From Pachysolen tannophilus NRRL Y-2460 (lineage: Eukaryota), in contig KV454011.1 of the NCBI GenBank assembly GCA_001661245.1, forward strand, positions 410,108 to 457,066: a stretch of 46,959 bases of DNA, read 5' to 3'. Shown here in pieces: positions 41,625 through 46,959 of the stretch; positions within the stretch are counted from its first letter, which is position 1; every line of letters starts with the position of its first letter. The translations under genes and the position numbers were made by a program. The notes under the pieces are model-generated. The model was given only the letters and a program-made list of their open reading frames with translations, did no database searches and was not told where the DNA came from.

Positions 41625-42521
41625 ATGGCATCGAAACAAGAGAGTGGAAAGGAAAAAGTTGATCCTTTCAAGTCATTTGTAGCAGGAGGTACTGCTGGTG
41701 CTGTCGAAGGATGTATAACGTACCCTTTTGAATTTGCTAAAACAAGACTTCAATTAGTGGATAAATCAATGAAGATGTCCCGTAATCCACTAGTTCTCAT
41801 CTATACTATTGCTAAAAACCAAGGAGTTTCTGCATTGTACGTTGGTTGTCCTGCATTTGTCGTTGGTAACACAGTGAAAGCATCGGTAAGATTTCTTGGG
41901 TTTGACTCTATAAAGAGATTGCTTGCCGATAAGGACGGAAAACTTTCTGGGCCGAGAGGTGTCATTGCTGGACTTGGAGCTGGATTAATGGAATCTGTGA
42001 TTGCTGTTACTCCATTTGAAGCTATTAAGACAGCGTTGATTGACGATAAGCAAACTTCAAAACCTAAATATCAAAATGGTTTGATCCGTGGGTCGATGAA
42101 CTTGGTAAAAGATTTAGGTTTTAAGGGAATATACGCAGGGGTTGTACCTGTTTCATTAAGACAGGCATCAAATCAAGCGGTAAGGTTAGGTTCTTATAAC
42201 GCTATCAAGACTTTCTTACAGAAACAAATGGGGATAAGTCCTACTGAACAATTGTCCTCAACGTTAACCTTTCTGGTCGGATCATTAACCGGAGTAATTA
42301 CAGTTTATACAACAATGCCAATTGATACTGTTAAGACGAGAATGCAGGCATTAGGGGCACAAAAATTGTACTCTTCGACTTTGAATTGTTTTGTAACCAT
42401 TTTCAAAAATGAAGGTATTAAAGTATTTTGGAAAGGTGCTACCCCAAGATTAGGAAGATTGGTTTTAAGTGGTGGAATCGTTTTCACAATATATGAAAAG
42501 ATGTTATCCATCATGCGCTGA
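41625..42521 (+). CDS. CTP1: Mitochondrial citrate (tricarboxylate) carrier
   Basis: ATG at 41625. Three carrier signatures (PFEFAKTR, PFEAIKTA, PIDTVKTR) plus GATPRLGRL; convergent with BSD2, as in S. cerevisiae. Confidence 0.95.
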   Translation: MASKQESGKEKVDPFKSFVAGGTAGAVEGCITYPFEFAKTRLQLVDKSMKMSRNPLVLIYTIAKNQGVSALYVGCPAFVVGNTVKASVRFLGFDSIKRLLADKDGKLSGPRGVIAGLGAGLMESVIAVTPFEAIKTALIDDKQTSKPKYQNGLIRGSMNLVKDLGFKGIYAGVVPVSLRQASNQAVRLGSYNAIKTFLQKQMGISPTEQLSSTLTFLVGSLTGVITVYTTMPIDTVKTRMQALGAQKLYSSTLNCFVTIFKNEGIKVFWKGATPRLGRLVLSGGIVFTIYEKMLSIMR

Positions 42522-43057
42522 TATGATATTAGACTAAGAAAATATTATTTTATAGAAATTAGTTAAAAATTTTATATATTATTTCAATATTATTTTATTA
42601 CCAGTATTCTTAATTATTTAAAAAAAATAGGTTCATTCAAAAAATATGAATCTTCAACTATGAAATTTGAATTTATCATAAATAGTCATTGTATAAAAAA
42701 ATACCTACATGAAAACATTGAAACGACATTATTAAACTTTGAAAACAAATAATGATGAAATAACATCAACCAGAATAAAATTTGATCTATAAATAATCAA
42801 CTCAAGTTACATCTTTTGATTCTAAGACTGATTAGAATGATTAAAGTCCAAACAATCATCACTAATAACTTCCTCTCTCTTTTTTTTTTTACTTTTTTTT
42901 TTTTTTGTGTGATTAAAAAAAAAAATAGAAGTGAAGTGATGATAGAGTTAACCGAATATTTCAGTGGAATTAAAAATTTTTTTTTTAAAAAAAAAAGACA
43001 CACAGACATAATATAAAACAAAACAAAACAAAACAGAACAGAACAAATGAAAGAGTT

Positions 43058-44389
43058 TCATACAGTTTCAGCCCCTGTTGTATTGGTGAAATTAGCAGGA
43101 GGATTTAAAATCACCTTCTCCATTTGCTTGGCCCTATGATAATCAATAATTGACTTTATCAATATGAACAAGCCCAATGCAATCAATCCATATGCAAACA
43201 CAGGAGGTTGTGAACCTTCATCTCCAGAAGTTGCAGCAGATGCATCATTTAGCCCAGTATTTTTAACAACTCCATTATTTAAATCACTTTGAAAGCCATC
43301 AAGATGTCCTTCCAAAGTTTTATCATTATCAATATCGATCGAATTTGGGTTGTTTGGTTCAAATTTATCACCATCTCTGCCTCCTGAACTATAGTAATTA
43401 TATGGAATCATATTGTATCCATAATTCATAAATGTCAAACCTAAACCTGCTCTTGAACCTTCTTTTGAAGCATGTGAAGTGTGTAATAAATAAGTCAACA
43501 AGAAACCCACAAACTGAAATGAAAGACTGACCATCAAATTCCAAATGAAATTTACCAAGTTACCAACAGGTAAACCATCAACAAATACTTCATCTTCAAA
43601 TCCCGGTGATATAACTGAGGTTTCCCAATATGGAGGAGTTGAATCTAACGCAGCTTCCTCATACGATGGTAATGTCTCATCATTATGAGCCTGTGAGCTA
43701 CTATCAGGTTTTGCCATTAAATTGTTAAACACACCATCATTATTCAAACCTTCTCCAATAGGACCACCTGTATATTTAGACTTCAGTAAGAAAAATCTTG
43801 GTATATATTTCGAAATCTTTGGATTATCCAACACATACTTGTGTACAAACGTATTTGGTGATTGATGTCTAGTACGAACAAGACCATTATTTTGACTTCT
43901 GCGTAAAGTTTGTTCAGACGAAGAAGATTCATTATTTTCATCATCATTGACACCATTACTGCCATTATTACCATCATTATCATCATTAGTACCACCTCCA
44001 CTGTTCTCATTATTATTGCGAAATATCGACTCCTGAATAATAGCATTAGTAGGGTTATTATTCCTTAAGTCCGTATCTGTGTTATTTAACCTCGTATCTT
44101 CTTCATCATCTTCTGACAAATCACTATTGTTCTCTATTCCAAATTTAGGATCAGATACATCTGTCCCAAACGACGACAACAACGGATTATTTTCTTCATC
44201 AATATTATTCTGGTGTATAGTCCCAGTATTACTCGAAACATTCAAACTATCTAATTCCATCTCTTCATTACCATCGCTTGTTTTTAACTGTTTTAATAAT
44301 AAATTGTTAGTACTTAAATTTTGTAAATTTTTTTGCGGGACAAAATGGAAGGCATCACGTACTTTGTGATAATGGTTACTAACACCCAT
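43058..44389 (-). CDS. BSD2: Rsp5 adaptor / metal homeostasis protein (NDFIP family)
   Basis: NDGVFNNLMAKP, LPSYEEAA.D.TPPYWE, DGLPVGN, FQFVGFLLTYLLHTSHASKEGSRAGLGLT and a C-terminal transmembrane helix. Confidence 0.92.
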   Translation of the reverse strand: MGVSNHYHKVRDAFHFVPQKNLQNLSTNNLLLKQLKTSDGNEEMELDSLNVSSNTGTIHQNNIDEENNPLLSSFGTDVSDPKFGIENNSDLSEDDEEDTRLNNTDTDLRNNNPTNAIIQESIFRNNNENSGGGTNDDNDGNNGSNGVNDDENNESSSSEQTLRRSQNNGLVRTRHQSPNTFVHKYVLDNPKISKYIPRFFLLKSKYTGGPIGEGLNNDGVFNNLMAKPDSSSQAHNDETLPSYEEAALDSTPPYWETSVISPGFEDEVFVDGLPVGNLVNFIWNLMVSLSFQFVGFLLTYLLHTSHASKEGSRAGLGLTFMNYGYNMIPYNYYSSGGRDGDKFEPNNPNSIDIDNDKTLEGHLDGFQSDLNNGVVKNTGLNDASAATSGDEGSQPPVFAYGLIALGLFILIKSIIDYHRAKQMEKVILNPPANFTNTTGAETV

Positions 44390-44669
44390 ATTTCTATTTC
44401 TAATTGAAAAAAAAAAAAAAAAAAAAAAATATTATCTATTAAATTAATAGACCTTTTCTATCAAACCACTACTATGAATACAAAAATATGATCTAATACT
44501 TATTTATTGGATGTCTATGATTTAATATATATAAATATAAATATATATATAATATATATATATATATTTATACAAAATGTTACTATATAACTAACTACTT
44601 TAAGCTACTATAATTACTCTGCGAAATACGCCTTCTTTTTACAACTCTTTTTGGGCTTTTGGACACTAC

Positions 44670-46706
44670 TTATTTCAGTAAGCGGATGCTGACAAACAAC
44701 GAGTTACCGTAATCGTGGTCTATAACGACTCTTCCTTTACCATCTTCTTTAGAGGAATCTGAGTCTCTTATATTGTGGTTCATATTGGAGTCCATAGCAT
44801 TATTGGAAGCCGAATTTTTATTATCCAAGCTGTTATTGTTGCTGGTGCCATAGTTATAATTATTTGTATTATTGTTGTTATTTGCAAAGTTGGGAGTGGT
44901 AGGAGTATTCTTGACAACAAACTGTTCCTGCGGGATACTTACACTTTCAACGGTATCAACAAATTCGAACGTGTTATGGTTGATATCCAATTCACCGCTA
45001 AGGACACTGTTTGGTAGTGGGGTTCTTATTGTTTTAGGGACATCGTTCAAATCCGGTAATATTGGACCACCTCTTCTTGAATTCGTCCTGCCTTGTGTAC
45101 GTCTTTTCCTTCTACTTTCTCTTTCTTTATCCTTATCTAATCTTTCCAATTCGCCTGCAGATATTTCCAAAACATTCGGTGTATATAAAGATAATAAATA
45201 TTTTGGTCTTAAAACGTTATCGTTAAGAGAGTTGTTGATTAAATTTTTCCGTATATCTTCTTCTTCAATTGGAGAACCATCAAATGGGTAACCTAACAAG
45301 TAAAGTGATTTAATGCACAATTGACATTGCTCTCTAATTGAATGGGAGATGGCAGTGACAAACTCTGAAGATAATGATAACTCTTTACACATAGTTGTGG
45401 CAAACTCTTCAGGATCATTTTCTTGATTTAAGATATCCCATTCAAATTGATCAATTAGTTGATTATTGGCTACAGTTATATTTAACTTTATAGGAATCTT
45501 AATTTCCTGTTGTGGTGCAAACTTGTTAAGATTGTTGTTGTTAGATATTAATGGAAGATAGTCACTGACTTGTTCTTTAATGCTGCTTAATATTGTGTTT
45601 GCAAATAATGGATTTGAAATTTTATAATCTTCCATCATTATAGAAACAAATTTTTCCAACGTTATTAAATCTTCATTCAAATTCCATAAAAATGTATCAC
45701 TTAATTTAAACTTATCTCTTTCTAAATCAAATTCTAATCTTATTGGAATTAAATTTTGTTTCAATTCTGCATTTTGTAACATCTGATATTTATTAAAATA
45801 TTGATCAGATATCCTTGAAAATCTCTTGTGTTGATGCGGATAAATTAAAGTCGTCGGAGTCCTTGTATTAGTGAATCCGTTACCATATCCTTGATATCCT
45901 TCACCCCAAATACTGTTGGAGAAATTTCTTAAGCTTTCTGATCTCTTAAATTTCAAATCGTTATAATATTTTAAATCCATTGATAATTTTTCAACTAGAT
46001 TTTTATTCATATCAAGATTCTTATTTAAATTTTTATTACTATTCAAATCTCTTTTAATAATTTGTTCATATAATAGCACATCTGTCGTGGGTTTTTTATT
46101 TTCCCTTGTCAATTTGTTTGACCAAAAATTGATAGAACTCATCTTGCTTAACGGTAAAACACTTTCTTGAACTTGTGAAGGTTTCTGCAGCATGACATCT
46201 TTCTTTGATTTTCTTCTTTGCCTTGGTTTGGGTTTTGGAGGTTGAGGTTGAGGTTGAGCATGCGGCAATTGCTGAAGTGGTGTTCCCATGACAGGTCCTT
46301 GACGTAAACCCTGTTGTTGTTGATGTGGTGGTAGCGGTGGTGGCTGCTGTTGGTGTTGCTGGTGTTGCTGGTGTACAGGTCCCGGCACAGGTCCTGGTAC
46401 TGGTCCTGGTCCTGGTCCTGGCATAGGCATTTGCGGTGGCACATGTAGACGATTATTAGCGTTATTATTATTATTGTTATTATTATTATTTGTAGGTGGA
46501 TTTCCATTATTCATATGCTGTTGCATCTGTTGTAATCTTTGCTGCTGTACATGTTGTAAAAAAGTAGCTAATTGAGGATGTTGAGCCAATACTTGTTGTT
46601 GTTGTTCTGACGTCATATTCGCCAATTGCTGTTGTATCACTTGTAATGAAATCTGAGGGGACATCCCTCCTCCAATATTATGCTGCTGCTGCTGTTGATT
46701 ATTCAT
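44670..46706 (-). CDS. SNF5: SWI/SNF chromatin remodelling subunit Snf5
   Basis: Q/P-rich N-terminus, IWGEGYQGYGNG, Rpt1 (IPIRLEFD...DTFLWN), Rpt2 (DQFEWDI...AISHSIREQ) and a coiled coil ending RRKRR. Confidence 0.94.
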   Translation of the reverse strand: MNNQQQQQHNIGGGMSPQISLQVIQQQLANMTSEQQQQVLAQHPQLATFLQHVQQQRLQQMQQHMNNGNPPTNNNNNNNNNNANNRLHVPPQMPMPGPGPGPVPGPVPGPVHQQHQQHQQQPPPLPPHQQQQGLRQGPVMGTPLQQLPHAQPQPQPPKPKPRQRRKSKKDVMLQKPSQVQESVLPLSKMSSINFWSNKLTRENKKPTTDVLLYEQIIKRDLNSNKNLNKNLDMNKNLVEKLSMDLKYYNDLKFKRSESLRNFSNSIWGEGYQGYGNGFTNTRTPTTLIYPHQHKRFSRISDQYFNKYQMLQNAELKQNLIPIRLEFDLERDKFKLSDTFLWNLNEDLITLEKFVSIMMEDYKISNPLFANTILSSIKEQVSDYLPLISNNNNLNKFAPQQEIKIPIKLNITVANNQLIDQFEWDILNQENDPEEFATTMCKELSLSSEFVTAISHSIREQCQLCIKSLYLLGYPFDGSPIEEEDIRKNLINNSLNDNVLRPKYLLSLYTPNVLEISAGELERLDKDKERESRRKRRTQGRTNSRRGGPILPDLNDVPKTIRTPLPNSVLSGELDINHNTFEFVDTVESVSIPQEQFVVKNTPTTPNFANNNNNTNNYNYGTSNNNSLDNKNSASNNAMDSNMNHNIRDSDSSKEDGKGRVVIDHDYGNSLFVSIRLLK

Positions 46707-46959
46707 TCTTTTCTCCGATTATATTGTACAAAATAAATAAAAAATTTAATAAAAATTCAAAGCACCCAAAGAATAAAAAAAAAAGACACACACACACACT
46801 AGCGGACACAAAGAAAAAATGAAAAATAAAAGAAATGGCAAAAAAAAAGAAGATTATAATACAATTATTGAAAAAAAAAAAAAAGAAAAAAAAACGAAAA
46901 ACAAAAGTACTAACAAAATAGAATAAAATTACCAATTGATTGAATAAGTCTTTGAAATA

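Noticed and set aside
42752..42831. Possible box C/D snoRNA (ATGATGA at 42752 ... CTGA at 42828)
   Set aside because: I could not identify an rRNA-complementary guide, the terminal stem is minimal, and these words are common in AT-rich DNA. snoscan or Infernal would decide.

Overview
Very AT-rich budding-yeast (Saccharomycotina) chromosomal DNA with long poly(A)/poly(T) intergenic tracts and two assembly gaps. It is mostly housekeeping genes, in order: a partial mitochondrial helical-repeat-like ORF, TAZ1, RPA190, URB1, an SNF11-like gene, IPT1, LSM5, PAA1, intron-containing ATP7, TRK1/2, HCS1, SWD2, an HXT-type sugar porter, a Roadblock/LC7-like gene, VPS28, TFA1, CTP1, BSD2 and SNF5. Several in-frame CTG codons fall where homologs, as I recall them, have Ala. 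This points to the CUG-Ala code of Pachysolen tannophilus and relatives, so the supplied translations are probably wrong at CTG. The most novel candidate is a 66-codon secreted prepro-peptide gene at 4390-4590. It has a signal peptide, an N-glycosylated pro region, a Kex2 KR site, X-P dipeptides and a 5-aa repeat, and it is flanked by an unusual TGC-motif array and palindromes. Other oddities are an in-frame TAG inside LSM5 (probably a sequencing artefact, possibly readthrough), a Roadblock-type dynein light chain, and micro-synteny with S. cerevisiae. I found no supportable tRNA, rRNA, transposon or CRISPR element. All homology calls are from recalled motifs; no searches were run.
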